Positions 12,037-24,672 of a DNA stretch of 64,000 nt are shown one piece after another (the stretch's first letter is position 1; every line of letters begins with the position of its first letter). The translations under genes and the position numbers were made by a program. Source of the stretch: Oikopleura dioica (taxonomy: Eukaryota > Animalia > Chordata); NCBI GenBank assembly GCA_907165135.1, contig OU015568.1, positions 2,480,001 through 2,544,000 on the forward strand. The letters run 5' to 3'. The notes under the pieces are model-generated. The model had not been told where the DNA came from, ran no database searches, and saw only the letters and a program-made list of their open reading frames with translations.

Positions 12037-14632
12037 CTAATTTTGCGAGTCGCAAGAGGAAAAAGAACTTTCAGAAAAACCAGCGGAAGTTACAGTTGAG
12101 GATGAAAAATTGCGCTCTCGAAAGTTGTGTGAGCTGATGATTTGATGGATGATTTGCTGAAAGTCGGAGATTTTTGAAGGATGATAGTTTTCGAGAGTGT
12201 TTAGGATGGAGATTGTGAGAGGGGCGGAGTTAAGAATTAACTCGTTCGTGCAAAGTTGACTTTAAAATGGTCTCTCATGCTCGAAGAATAAGTCTATGAT
12301 CTGAGCTTGCCGACCATTTCCTGTTCACTTCCACTTTGGAAATATCGATAATCATTTGAGCGCAATTCTTGATCTCCTCCTCAGAAATCTTCTTCGTTGT
12401 CCTTACATCTTCAAGACTTCCAATTTTCAAAACCCCGAACGCGTTTATAAACCATTTTTCTTCGCTGAAGTCAAAGATTTCGACCCCTTTTCTGTGAAAA
12501 TCTTGAGAGAGCCTCAGAAAATCAGATATAAGATGAGTTCTTCGTGATGTCCGCATAAGGGTTCGAAATTTGCTGTTTACTCAGAGTGAACAGGGTGAGC
12601 TGTTCGCTGTCCACTGTTCACTCGACTTGTTTTGACAAATTCTAGAGCCAAATTTGTTTCTCATCGATGATTTTTATGAATTCTAGAGCAGATTTGTTAT
12701 TATCGAATTCAAAACTAGGCAAAAAATTGTTGTGAAAAAGCAACAATTTTGAATGAATTTCTAGAATGTATTTCTAGAATTTATTTTTGCGAAAAAATGC
12801 GACGAGAAAACATTTGTTACTAAGATCTATCGGAAGAGACGATTTTTTATCCTCTCACTACTTTGAACGTCTCTTTTGAGACTAAATAGTGCTCATAAGC
12901 TTCGAAGAAATCTAGTTTGATTTTAAAAATTTGCGAAAAAATTTTGGCAGTCACTTGGCAGTGGGAGTGACATTTCTCAAGGACTGGCAGTTACTGGCAG
13001 CAGCCAACCGACTGCCACTTCGAAAGATATTGGTTTTTATTTCTAGAATAGCAAAGAAAAATAACGTAAATGATCAAATTTTGCTCCCGAGACCTATTTT
13101 ATTCCATTTTTCCTATCAAAAGAGACATTTATTTTTCGAATAATGTTTCTTTTATATGGCCACTTTGTCAAATAGATTGTTTTGAACTTAGTTTGATTTT
13201 AAAAATTTTTATAAATAGTATCGAAATTGACAGTTTTTGGCAGTCAACTGGCAGCTGCCAGTGGCAATTAAAAAGGCTGGCAGTCACTTGGCAGTGGCAG
13301 TCGCCAATTCTTTTGAGATTTCGAACTCTGTTCCAGAGTGAACAGGGGTTTTAGGCGGATTTCGAACCCTGGTCGGGATTGATTTTTGCGAGAAAAGAGG
13401 TTGAAGGTTTTCGTAGTAAAAGCAAAGTGATGAAGTGTTGAAATATTGGACGATACCGATGAATTCAAGGATATGCTCGCTTGAAATTGAGTGGTAGAAT
13501 TGTATTTCTTCGTTGATTTTTGACTTTTTAAAAAGCTTCTTTGATTCAAAATCGCATCAACAAAACATATTCATGAGGTGAAAAGATTTTGAATTTGCCT
13601 TGATATTGGATCTAACGAGGACTTTTTCGCCGAAAATTGAACCTGCATGAAATATCAATCCATCATTGATGACCTAAAAGTCAAAAGTAAGTTAGTTTTT
13701 TCATTTGAAAATCACCTCTTCATCGATAATTATAACATCATCCGCGTTGAAGACCCTTGGTTCCTTCTTCGCCGATAATTTCTTCCAAACAAAAAACATC
13801 GTTCCAAGCAAAAAACAAGCCAAAAACATGGCCACAACCACAGCCATAAGTTGAAAAGCGATATAAAATAAGAGTTGTATTCGTATCTTCATGTTTCTGA
13901 TCCCTTCCTTCTTGTTTTGCAATGCGCAGAGGCCGAAAGAGTAGTGATAGACGTTGCAGCCATGAGAATCTTTGAGGAGCAGCGCCTTTGTATTTCCGAA
14001 TTCGTAAATGATTTCCAGGAGCTGCGAAAGGTTTTCAGAACAGGAATGAGCAACTTTGACCGCAAGAGGAATGTCAATGTGAGGAGTATTCGAGTATTTC
14101 GTGTTCATGGCACTTGCCCCTAAATCTCTTAAATTATTTCAATCAGAACGACTAAAGTTAGATCATTCATTCTTATATGTCGACTACCTTCTTGAAGAAC
14201 AAATTTCAATCCTCTTGCGTCGCACTTTGCCGCGAAAATGACCGCGTAGTCGTTCAATATCTTTGTTGCCTCCCTCATCTTTAACCGACCAACGCTTTTT
14301 ACAAAATATTCAAATTCATCTTCACAAAACGGTTTTCCAATAATGATCTCATCCGCCAATGTCGCTGAGAAATTTCCAAGTCTAATTTCGCCCAATAAAA
14401 GATTTTCTTCCGACCATTGCTGATCCTTTTTATTTTCCTTCAGAAACTCCAATGTTTCTTGAAGAACATCAAATTTCCTCAGACAGTCAGCTTCGTTTCT
14501 CGATTTTTGAAAAAGAAGAAAGACAGCTTTATAAAAAACAATCATCGACTGTTCTTCGGGAGCAATTTCAACGCTGCCCCAGCTTATTAAATCTGTCAAA
14601 GCAAGTGGGAAGAAAAAACGAAAAACTTTCAT
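12037..14632 (-). CDS. Signal peptide + ankyrin-like ectodomain + TM + pseudokinase; kinase exon interrupted by a MITE
   Basis: MKVFRFFFPLALT; LLLKDSHGCNVYHYS; TM LMAVVVAMFLACFLLGTMFFVW; N-lobe GSIFGEKVLVR..EEIQFYHSISSEHILEFIGIV..LCFYYE; C-lobe FHRKGVEIFDFSEEKWFINAFGVLKIGSL. Confidence 0.65.
12557..13371. mobile_element. hAT-like MITE (~815 bp)
   Basis: TIR AGGGTTCGAAAT (12558-12569) / ATTTCGAACCCT (13359-13370); degenerate 8-bp TSD GTCCGCAT / GTCGGGAT; subterminal GAGTGAACAG motifs; internal GGCAG-rich repeats. Confidence 0.8.
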
Positions 14633-14708
14633 TTTCTCATTTTTGTCCACCAAAATCACGAGCTTTTTTCACCAGGCTTTTTTATTTTCAAAAGGAAATC
14701 AGTGTTTA

Positions 14709-15168
14709 TCAATAAGGCCCAATGCCGTAGTCACGTGATGTAATATAATCCGACTCTTCCATGGCGATCGCGTACATATCTTCTAATTCGTATTCTTTGT
14801 CATTTTTCTCGTATTCGCTTCCTTCTGAGCTTGTGGTTTCATCTCCTTAGTCTTCATTAAAAAATTTTTTTCAACAAAAAGAGGGAACCTGGCGCATCAT
14901 CTTCGAATTCGGATTGAAACTCGGCGCGAATTTCTTCTTCGTAAAGCTCATTTGACAAGCTACTATCGGGCTAGAGAAGAAGATAAGTACAGTCTGAGTC
15001 AGCATTTTTTACTGTGTCAATCTGAAGGCGATCCGACCCGCCATCATCCTCTTGTTCCATTTCCAACTTGCAAAACTCATCATCGAAGCTATCCGAGTGC
15101 GATGATAAAAAATCATCACCACCCTTCCCAATCATTTTTCTCTTTCTCGGGCACAAAATATTTCCCAT
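14709..15168 (-). CDS. Small acidic protein with possible N-myristoylation/palmitoylation (MGNILC)
   Basis: Three exons in frame, ending SRDYGIGPY*. Confidence 0.55.
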
Positions 15169-15785
15169 TTTTCTTTGAAATTTTTGTTATTCAACTAGCG
15201 TCAATGACCTTATTATTTTGCGAATGCACCGAAAAAAATGGTACATTAAAAGCCGCAGACTCGGTTCGAAATTAAATTTGCATCAAAAAACGACCGTGCC
15301 AGAATAATTTCAAGAGCATTTTGTTTAATGGAGGTCACTGCCATGAATTCTCGGAAAAGCTTGTTTGTTTATATTTTTTTAGTCTTACATAAGCACATGG
15401 GGAGGGAGCATGGGTTCTAAACTTTGGCCAAGGCCGATTTCGCAAATTGACATTTTGGCTGAGAATTCTATTGATGAAGAAATTGATATATGATAAGAGA
15501 GACGTATTTCCCTGTGAGAGAGTTATTATTATCATCATTTTCTCAAGGTGATAAGCTGCCATAAAAACGAGAAAGCTTTGATTTTTTCTATAAAAATTGA
15601 TATTTTTCTAGAAAGTAAAGGCCGGTTGACTTATTTTTTCGATAAGATGCCAGTTCAAGGACGAGATGAAAATTTATTATTTGTTTTTTTTTCTTATCCA
15701 TTTTGTTCAAAGAGACAGCGCTTTTTCTAAGCCGATTTACCTATTTCATTTTTCATCTTGAGACGCAGCCCCCATCGCAAGAGGC

Positions 15786-16702
15786 GTGTCGGAAGTCGAT
15801 AAAACTTCTGAACTCGAGGAAGTCGGGAGTTTTGCCAATAGTTTGAAGGCGCAAACTGCTTCGGATTATCACCTCGACTTCGCGATTCAGGATCCGAGCG
15901 ATCAGCACCTTCCCAGAGAAGCAAACCCGATTCCTGACAGCAGCAAAAGAAGAATGGGACTGAATAACGAGCCGGTCATTTTGGAGGAGGCGGAGGTCAA
16001 GGATCAGAAGGGAAATGTCATTTCAACTGAAGGAGTTGTTTTTTTTCTTCAACACTCGAATTTTCCGAATTCGAAAAGATTTTTTGTATTTTTGTCGCTT
16101 TCTTCATTTCCAAAACAACTGAAAGTCCTTAAAGATTTGGTGGCAAAAGCCAAGCTCAACCTAGAAAAATCTTACTGTAGCTACTCCAAGTTCCATGTTG
16201 GCGCCAGCCTTCTCACAGTCCACGGTCAATTCGATGGCGTCAATGTAGAAAATGCTTCTTACGGGTAAATAACCAATGGTAATTTACCATTATGTTCACT
16301 AGGAAATCATCACAAATAACTTTCGTTTCATGATGATTATTGCATCAATAAAATTTTAGATTAACGATCTGTGCTGAGCGCTCGGCCATGTGTTCTGCCA
16401 TTTCCCAGTTTGGAAAGCACGAATTCAGGTTTTCCCTCAACAAAACCAACCTTCAACCTTATATTCAAATTCTAGAGCTATTGCCATTGCAACAACGAGT
16501 CCAAAAGACGACTGGCCTTCTCCCTGTGGCGCTTGCAGACAATTTCTCGTCGAATTCGGCGATTTTCCGGGTACTTTTCATCATAAAAATACATTTAATG
16601 ATCCTCGTTTTAGTGATTCTTTCAAACAACTTCAACGAAAAAGTGAAAATTATCAAAACAAAAGAGCTTCTTCCGAACTGCTTCTGCCCCGACGACATGT
16701 AA
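15786..16702 (+). CDS. CDA: Cytidine deaminase with acidic N-terminal extension
   Basis: YSKFHVGASLL, GVNVENASYG|LTICAERSA, PCGACRQFLVEFG, KELLPNCF. Confidence 0.92.
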
Positions 16703-17462
16703 CTATAAATCCTCAAATAAAAAACTCTCGAACATTTTGTAATCCTCGAAATAATCCTCGAATAATTCTATTTATCTGATAACAATAACTGTGTGAAATT
16801 TGGAGATGGTCGTGAGATGACATTTCCGGAGCATGGTTTCACTGAACATGGCTTGAAATTTTGAACGAAAAGGGTTGAAGATAGGGCATCACTGATGAGA
16901 GATATCTTGCTGAGCGGAAACTGAATAATATTTCTCAGGATCATCGAAAGTATTTTTTATGCATACTCATTGCTCTCAAGATTTGGATTATGGTACAAGT
17001 GTAAGAAGATGTGTTAGATTGCGAAAACCTTGAGGGGACCATAAAATACTGTTTTATATTTGTCAACTGGACTTTTTCTATGACTACAAATTCGGATTAA
17101 AATTTTAATGAACTGTTTCTCCGTGAGCTGCTTCGAATAAAAAAGTTACAAAATTCAACTTATATCTATCAATTGTATATTTATACAGTATACATTATAC
17201 TCTTGGATTAATTTTAGAAGAGGAGTGATTACGAGAGCCGATCATCAAAAAGGACTTAAAAGAACTTCCCTTAATGACTCTCTTGTCTAATCCTTTGAGT
17301 CCATTCCTGTCTGATCAGCTGTTAATTAACGATTTCTTTTTTCAACCCTCCGCCGCCGCGCCCAGCTGGTTTCCAACTTTCACCCCATCTGTTCATCAGA
17401 TCTATGCGCATTTGCGCCACGATCTTGCATTGGCGCACTCTGCCTTTTCCGGCTGCTCCTGC

Positions 17463-17469
17463 TATAAAA
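17463..17469 (+). promoter_or_regulatory. TATA box of FGF gene
   Basis: TATAAAA about 70 nt upstream of ATG 17535. Confidence 0.5.
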
Positions 17470-17534
17470 CACTAACCGGTTCTACCTCACCATCACAATT
17501 TCAAAAAGCAACAAAGCAAATACTCAACCGAAAA

Positions 17535-18038
17535 ATGTTCCTTCTCAACTTCTTCATTCTCGCTCTCGTCGATGCCCGAGCAGTCGTCGCTCCTGAAATT
17601 GCTCAAGGAGCAACTTCTTCTTCTAGCAAACACATCCGCCTCTACAGTCGTACTGGCCGATTCATGTCCATCAACAATCGCTCCGTCGGCCAATCTCGCT
17701 TCAACTCGATCGACTCCGTCCTCGAGCTCGTCAGAACCGACTCCGGACTCGTCATTAAATCCCCCGTCTCAGGTCGCTTCCTCAGCATCACCAACGCCGG
17801 CCGAGTCCGAACAACAACCTCCTTCTCCACCGCCGCCTTTTTCGAACAAGAAAAAATCCGAGAAAACAACTTTTCGACCTTCAAAATCGCTGGAAAGGAA
17901 AACTGCCGACTCATGGCTTCTCGACTTCGCTATCGAGTTAGCTGCAGCGAAAAAACGAAGCGAAATTCGGCCAAAGTCTTGTTTTTGGCAAAACGAGCTC
18001 ATATTCCTCTTCGATATCTCGCTGGTGATTTTCACTAA
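17535..18038 (+). CDS. Divergent secreted fibroblast growth factor, intronless
   Basis: Signal MFLLNFFILALVDA; FGF-core motifs IRLYSRTGRFMSI, LVIKSPVSGRFLSITNAGRV, FFEQEKIRENNFSTF, KVLFL. Confidence 0.8.
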   Translation: MFLLNFFILALVDARAVVAPEIAQGATSSSSKHIRLYSRTGRFMSINNRSVGQSRFNSIDSVLELVRTDSGLVIKSPVSGRFLSITNAGRVRTTTSFSTAAFFEQEKIRENNFSTFKIAGKENCRLMASRLRYRVSCSEKTKRNSAKVLFLAKRAHIPLRYLAGDFH

Positions 18039-18339
18039 GCGGTCTTTTCACTGTTCTTTCTTTCAATTTTTCATTGTTTATTGAGTTCAAAATTTTAATA
18101 AAATACTATCTATTTACAAATCAACTTTCATTTTTTTTCTCTGGCAAAAGTAGGAAGATAGATTTTGATCAATTTGCATTTACTGAGAAATTGCTGGATT
18201 TCCTGCCTTCTGCGTTTTTCTCGCTTCCTGCTTATCAGATGCCCAGTTTTCCGGAAAAGTGATCATGTTAGGATCCTTCTTGATTTTACAGTAACAGTAC
18301 AAAATAATTACTAAAGAGTCATTCCTTTAGAATCTGTAG

Positions 18340-18823
18340 CAACTCGCAAATCGGGCAAATGAGCGAATGGTGAAAGAGGAGGAACGAAGCTTTTTTGAGA
18401 TCAAGTTTTTTTTTTATAAAATCGCTTTATATAATTTTGATCTTTCCTTGAGGTGCTTTTAACGCCCTTTGGTCGGATGATCTTCAGCTCGCTTCTCTGA
18501 TTCCTATTCCTACAGGCAGGACAGTCGCATGGTCTCGTGTCCTCTAGAATTCCCGTGTGAAGCGATCTCGGTCGACAGCAGGATTTCCAAATGTTGCTCT
18601 TGATCGTCGGAAATGAGATGAGAAATAGAAGGCCGATTAAAGTTCCAAGGACGATGTAAGCTTCTGCCTTGCATTTTTTCGAGCAGTCAAGGCTATCTGC
18701 GAAAATTCTGTGTAAGAAAGATGCGGAAAACAAACCTGAAGGCGTCGATGAATTGCTACAGAAGCAATGGATGAACTGAGGGCATGAAACGTAAATTTCG
18801 CTTGTGAAGTTTGAACAAGGCAT
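18340..18823 (-). CDS. Small Cys-rich single-pass membrane protein
   Basis: TM AYIVLGTLIGLLFLISF; CDCPAC in cytoplasmic part. Confidence 0.45.
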
Positions 18824-19011
18824 CTCTTTTTATTTAGTCATTTGAAGAGGAAATGGGTTTAATTTAATTTACGAGGATATAAAGATTTTCTATCGAGTCG
18901 CGAAATATTTTCCCTTAAAACTTATAAGTTGCAAGTTATGTTTGTTACATTTTTGTTATTGCTATCATTTTTCCTTTGTGACTTCGAACAAATATGAAAA
19001 AAGAAAAAGTC

Positions 19012-19083
19012 CTCCCACACCGGGAATCGAACCCGGGCCGTCGGAGTGAAAATCCGAAATCCTAACCCCTAGACCATGTGGGA
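19012..19083 (-). tRNA. tRNA-Glu(TTC): tRNA-Glu (anticodon TTC)
   Basis: TCCCACATGGTCTAGGGGTTAGGAT..TCGGA TT TTC AC TCCGA..GGTTCGATTCCCGGTGTGGGA; T-run terminator downstream. Confidence 0.95.
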
Positions 19084-19828
19084 CCTGCCCTCAGGCGTGA
19101 AGACCTTTGCCATGAATCTCTGCCTGCGAGTAGAACCCATAAACACCCTTGATTGGTCTTGACAAACACTTTATTTCGGTTCTTCATTTGGGCGGCTATT
19201 ATACTTTATTTTCGTTATGAGTTGTTTTCAATAAACTGCGCTAGGAAAGATTTTAACAGTGATTTTCTTTGGCAATCGGCGCTTCACCTTGATCTGAAAA
19301 AAGCCAAAATACCACATTTTCATTTCCGTTCCAAATTAACTTATCCTTTTTTTCACAAGCGAGTGGCTACTGATTTTGACATTTTCAATTAGCGCTGGAG
19401 CTTCTTGAGCAATTAAGACTTTTTAATTATGGTGATCATCGAGTGGTCTAAAAAGGAAAGTTGCGTGTCCGTTTTCACGCTTGTCCCCTCCTTGCGGTTG
19501 GGGTTGCTCTAAAATGTGTGAAATTTCGAGCCGTCTTCTAAGATGGAGCCTTTTACTGTGCCCCAAGAATGTCGGGTGAAGATCATAGATCAAGTTTCGG
19601 TTGTTATTTTTCTGATATAAATTTATTTATGAGCAGCAATGCAATTTTTTCTAGGTTTTCTTCAGCTTATCAAAGAGACGATAATTATTGTTGTCAAAAA
19701 CTTTTTTAAACGAAAGTTTTTTTTCAGAATTTTCCTACCAAAATATGCTTATTTGTAATCCTTAAAAATTGATAAGGCTTAAAAAATTCTGACTGTTGAA
19801 GAATAAGAATGACAACAAAAAAGAGTGA

Positions 19829-20716
<888 letters not shown>

Positions 20717-20959
20717 ATAAAAGCAAGTCATTTTCTAAAAATTCTCATCTTACGATTTTTCTGACGATATCGGCTCTTCGGATCAACGAAACGAGATCTC
20801 CGCTAAAATCTCCGAGACGATTCTGCTCAATAAAATCTTCTTCGTTTCTCAGATCCTCGCTTTTTTGCCGGAACTCGTTTTTTCGTGTTTCTATTTTTTC
20901 GATCCGCATTCTCAGAAAATTTTCAAGGAGCTTTTTTCGCTCTACTAACTGAATTTCAG

Positions 20960-22024
20960 CTGATCCAAAGCTCAACTGCTTGGGCACGCATACCTACAAT
21001 GAGGACTTGTCGGACAATGGCTTCCTTGCTGAGCTTGGAGAGGGACTCGAGATAGTAAGAGTTGTTTCCGGAAGAGGGCTGCTGCCAGAGTATGATCCAG
21101 CGGGAGAGGGTGTCGACTACTACGATCCATACTATGGACAGATGACCTACCACAAAGTCGGCGACACGGTCAGAGTTGGATGCAAGCTTGGCTATAGCAA
21201 CGGTATGTCAGAAATTAGGAAAACGGTCGGCAAATATTCTCGCTTTTTAGCTATCGCCAAGGAATTTACCGGCGCAAAATGCCTTTGCTCCATGGGCAGC
21301 TGTTCTTTCGCCCTGAACAATGCTGCCTACCGTTGTGTTCCAGACACAACCGCGGCAATTCCAGTCTGGCAAGGAGGAAACTTCAACTACGTCAAGGGTG
21401 TCTACGATAACTACTTCCTGATGAAGGCTCGAATCATGAACTTGATGTCGGTAGAGAAATGGGATTGGGACCAGTACAATCATGTCACCAACACATTTGC
21501 CGTTAATCCGCAGTATTGGACGACCGCGAAATTCACGCTTTTCGTTTTCTGGTAAAAATTTTTCTCTGTCATACTCTTTTTATTTTTTCTTAGTCCATTC
21601 GACGTGACTCAAGGCGGTCTTAACTCAGACGGCATCATCAACTTCCCCGATTTCTACTATTCAGAGCACTCGGCTGATGGAAAGCTTTGGTCGTTCCTAT
21701 CTAGAGAGCCAACTGTTTTGGACAAGATTGCCTGTAACGGTGGTGTTTGCGACAGTGGCAATCACTACTTCAAAGGATACATTGGTTGGAGTCCAAACGC
21801 AAATAACAGAGGACCGGTCGATATTGCTGACTATACTTGTGAAATCGGTGAGCTTTCCTTGGGTTTTAACATCCATTCTAAAGGATTTTTCAGGTATTCT
21901 TCCTGAACATCGACCAACCGCGATCGCAGATCTTGTCACGAACTTCGACGCTTTTGCCGGCGGAAACTTCGACAAAATGACCAATTATTTGCGAAGTGCT
22001 CCCTTCAAAGTTAACGATCTCTAA
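20960..22024 (+). CDS. Cys/aromatic-rich extracellular protein with Sushi/CCP-like module (oikosin-like)
   Basis: Spliced exons: VGDTVRVGCKLGYSNG..CLC..C..C; KWDWDQYNH; acceptor with CTACTAAC branch point at ~20941-20959; first exon not found. Confidence 0.55.
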
Positions 22025-22057
22025 ATAAAACATCGGCCCTCCTTGTTTATAATTTTT

Positions 22058-23517
22058 TTATACAGATATATCTTGAATAGTGACAGTAGAAATTGAGTTG
22101 TTTTTCAGAGAGTAGGAAGAATTGGTGACGTTGAAAATGGTCCCGAGTGTAGATCTTCTCCCGCGAGAAAAAGCTATTCTCTTGACTCGTCGGATGTCGT
22201 AGATCATGATGCCAAGGTAGAAAAGTGTTATGACCAGAGTTATCAGCAAAACACAGGCGAATATAATTTCCAAAGGGTTGGCACAAGCAGGAAGAGCTCC
22301 GTAGATCGAGTTTTGCTATGATAGATTTGATTTCAGAGACCATAATAATGATACATATTTTTTTTCAGAATTTATTTTTTGGAATTTTGAGCGATGACTT
22401 TTAGATACGTTCTTTTGGCTTTCGATTCTTACGAATACCTGAGGACCAAATGGCAGCGGCGAAACCCTTTGAGACCTATCAACTTTTACACATTGTCCCA
22501 TTCTCGGCTGAAACCATTCAGAAAGTGTTGTCCCGCACCACTCTTCTTCGATAAATTTATTCTTGTTGCGTGCGATGTCGTCTATCGATGTCAGTTTCGG
22601 ATCATAAAGAATGCTCGGACTCGAACATATGGATAAACTCGAGCTCATCAGCAACCCAAGAACATTGACAATCAGAATGAGAAAGGAAAACCAGCCGATA
22701 AATTCGCAGTGCAGCGCCGCTAAGAACGCTTCCATCTGATAAAAAGCTCTAGAATTTGGACGTTTTAACATTAAAATGTCATTTTGATCGATTCTAGAGC
22801 CCTTCTCAAAATCAGAACAACGTCAACAAGGGGTAAAACCAAAGCGGCAAGTGGAATAGAACTCATCGGATTGACGAATCTTGCCAAATAGAAATAGCTC
22901 ACGAACAATTTTGGCAAAATAATGACCAAAATTTCGATTCTCTCGGCGATCCCAGAACATAGGAAGATCCACTGAGGCGGGTATTTTTGGTGAACTGTGA
23001 TGACCAAGAAATACGATTTGACGCAGAGGTTTAGGGCCTCAGCGATTGGAAAGTAAAGAAGAACGAAGGAGATTGCGAAGTTCCAGTCATATGAATACAT
23101 GCTGAAAATATCTGACATGTGAAAATTCGAAATATTCTACCTGTTGTAGGCAGTGTAGCTGTACCAGAGATACAAACCCGGGTACACATCAACCATCGGA
23201 ATAATCAACGTCATCAGATAACCAATCACCACTGCTCTTTTCTCTCCGACGCGAAACGTCCTCGTTCCTTGGAAGCATTTGAAGCCAGTAAAGATCACGA
23301 CACCAAGAGAGAAAGAACAGATCAACACTTGCGCTAAAAATTGCAAGATGTTCGACTGCTTCGGTGGAATAACTTTGAAGTGGTCAAGCATAGTGCCAGG
23401 ACCCATAAAACTTTTGATGGCATAGGTGACTTCTTTGAGCATTTCATTTCCTTTTTCTTCCAGGTCGATTGAGTCTGGCAGAGGCTCTGATGTTACTATT
23501 GCGAATTTTGTAGGCAT
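22058..23517 (-). CDS. Orphan multi-pass (about 7 TM) membrane protein
   Basis: Seven hydrophobic segments across ORFs 23137-23517, 22771-23118, 22316-22771 and 22058-22273. Confidence 0.6.
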
Positions 23518-23569
23518 AAGTTTGACCTTTTTCTGAAGAAAAAAAAACTTCTATAAATGCTTTTATCGT

Positions 23570-24122
23570 TAACAAAAGATAGCTTACCGGACACAACAGA
23601 TCATATCGAAGATGGTAAAAGTAAATCGTGAAATAGCGAAGGCGATTAATTTAAGTACAAACATTATTTTAAAAGATTATGGTTTTCTTTAAAATTCTTT
23701 CCTTGAACATGAAACTGGGTCAAATAAATTCCGTCATCCCTCAAAAACCTCGTCGAAGTCGAAATCATCTTGCACGTGATCAGCTCATTTTCAAAGTACG
23801 TTTCGTAGCATTGATCAATAATTCGCTTTGAAATTTTTCCTTTTTCCATTTTTGTGGGATTTGAAAGTGTTCTCATTGGAAATTCGTATTTTATCTACTG
23901 ACAAAAGATTAAAACAGAAGTTTCAATCAAGAGAAAAAGGTCTGTTTTTATCTGTTCCTGAGTGAATTTTTTCTTTTGAATGTAACCAGCATCGAGATTT
24001 CTGAAAAAGCCTTTCGTCGGCCCAGTTCCATAGCCAAATGTGCAGTTTCCGTTCTTGATGCATTTGTATTCTCTGCAAGTCAATCCGAAGCAAAAAGAAG
24101 CAAGAATTAAAAGTATTTTCAT
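23570..24122 (-). CDS. Small secreted Cys-containing protein
   Basis: Signal MKILLILASFCFG; spliced exons. Confidence 0.5.
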
Positions 24123-24672
24123 CGTGTTTTTGGCAAAATATCAGGTGGAAATACGGAAGAGAGAAAAAACCATGATTGCACGAGGGAAGAGTAGGGCGAA
24201 GAAAGTGCATAGAATGGGCAGTTTAAATCAAAATCTGTTGCCTAGTGAAAGTATGCGTTGATAGATGTCAGACCTGCGTGATGCTAGACCTACCTCAAAG
24301 GAATTTTTTGATGAATAGAGGGAATATCCAAATTATTTACCAAATATGTTTCGGTTTCAGAAATTACCTTGGACCTAAAACAGGCTTCGATTCTCGTCAA
24401 AAAATGGATGCGAGACTTCAACATCATCGGAAAATATTTTGACGGGACTCTCTCTAATTTTCGCAGCTGAATTATCATCATTTTCGCTAATTTATCTGTC
24501 GACTTATCTCCGTCGATGATATTTATAACACGCAACTCGATTGGAATGATCTATTCAAAGAGATTTCGAGTAAGTGAGAGATAATATTTCATATTTTGTT
24601 CATAATATATATGAACTTCCTAAAATCGATCTTTTCTGAAAAGAAAGTTCATATGATAAGCTTTATCTTAGT

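Noticed and set aside
12275-12310. SDHRLI resembling the C-terminal SDH motif of a LINE APE endonuclease
   Set aside because: No other APE or RT motifs; the ORF is better explained as a pseudokinase C-lobe
17274-17534. 87-aa N-terminal extension of the FGF ORF
   Set aside because: A TATA box lies inside it and the signal peptide starts at ATG 17535; likely promoter and 5' UTR
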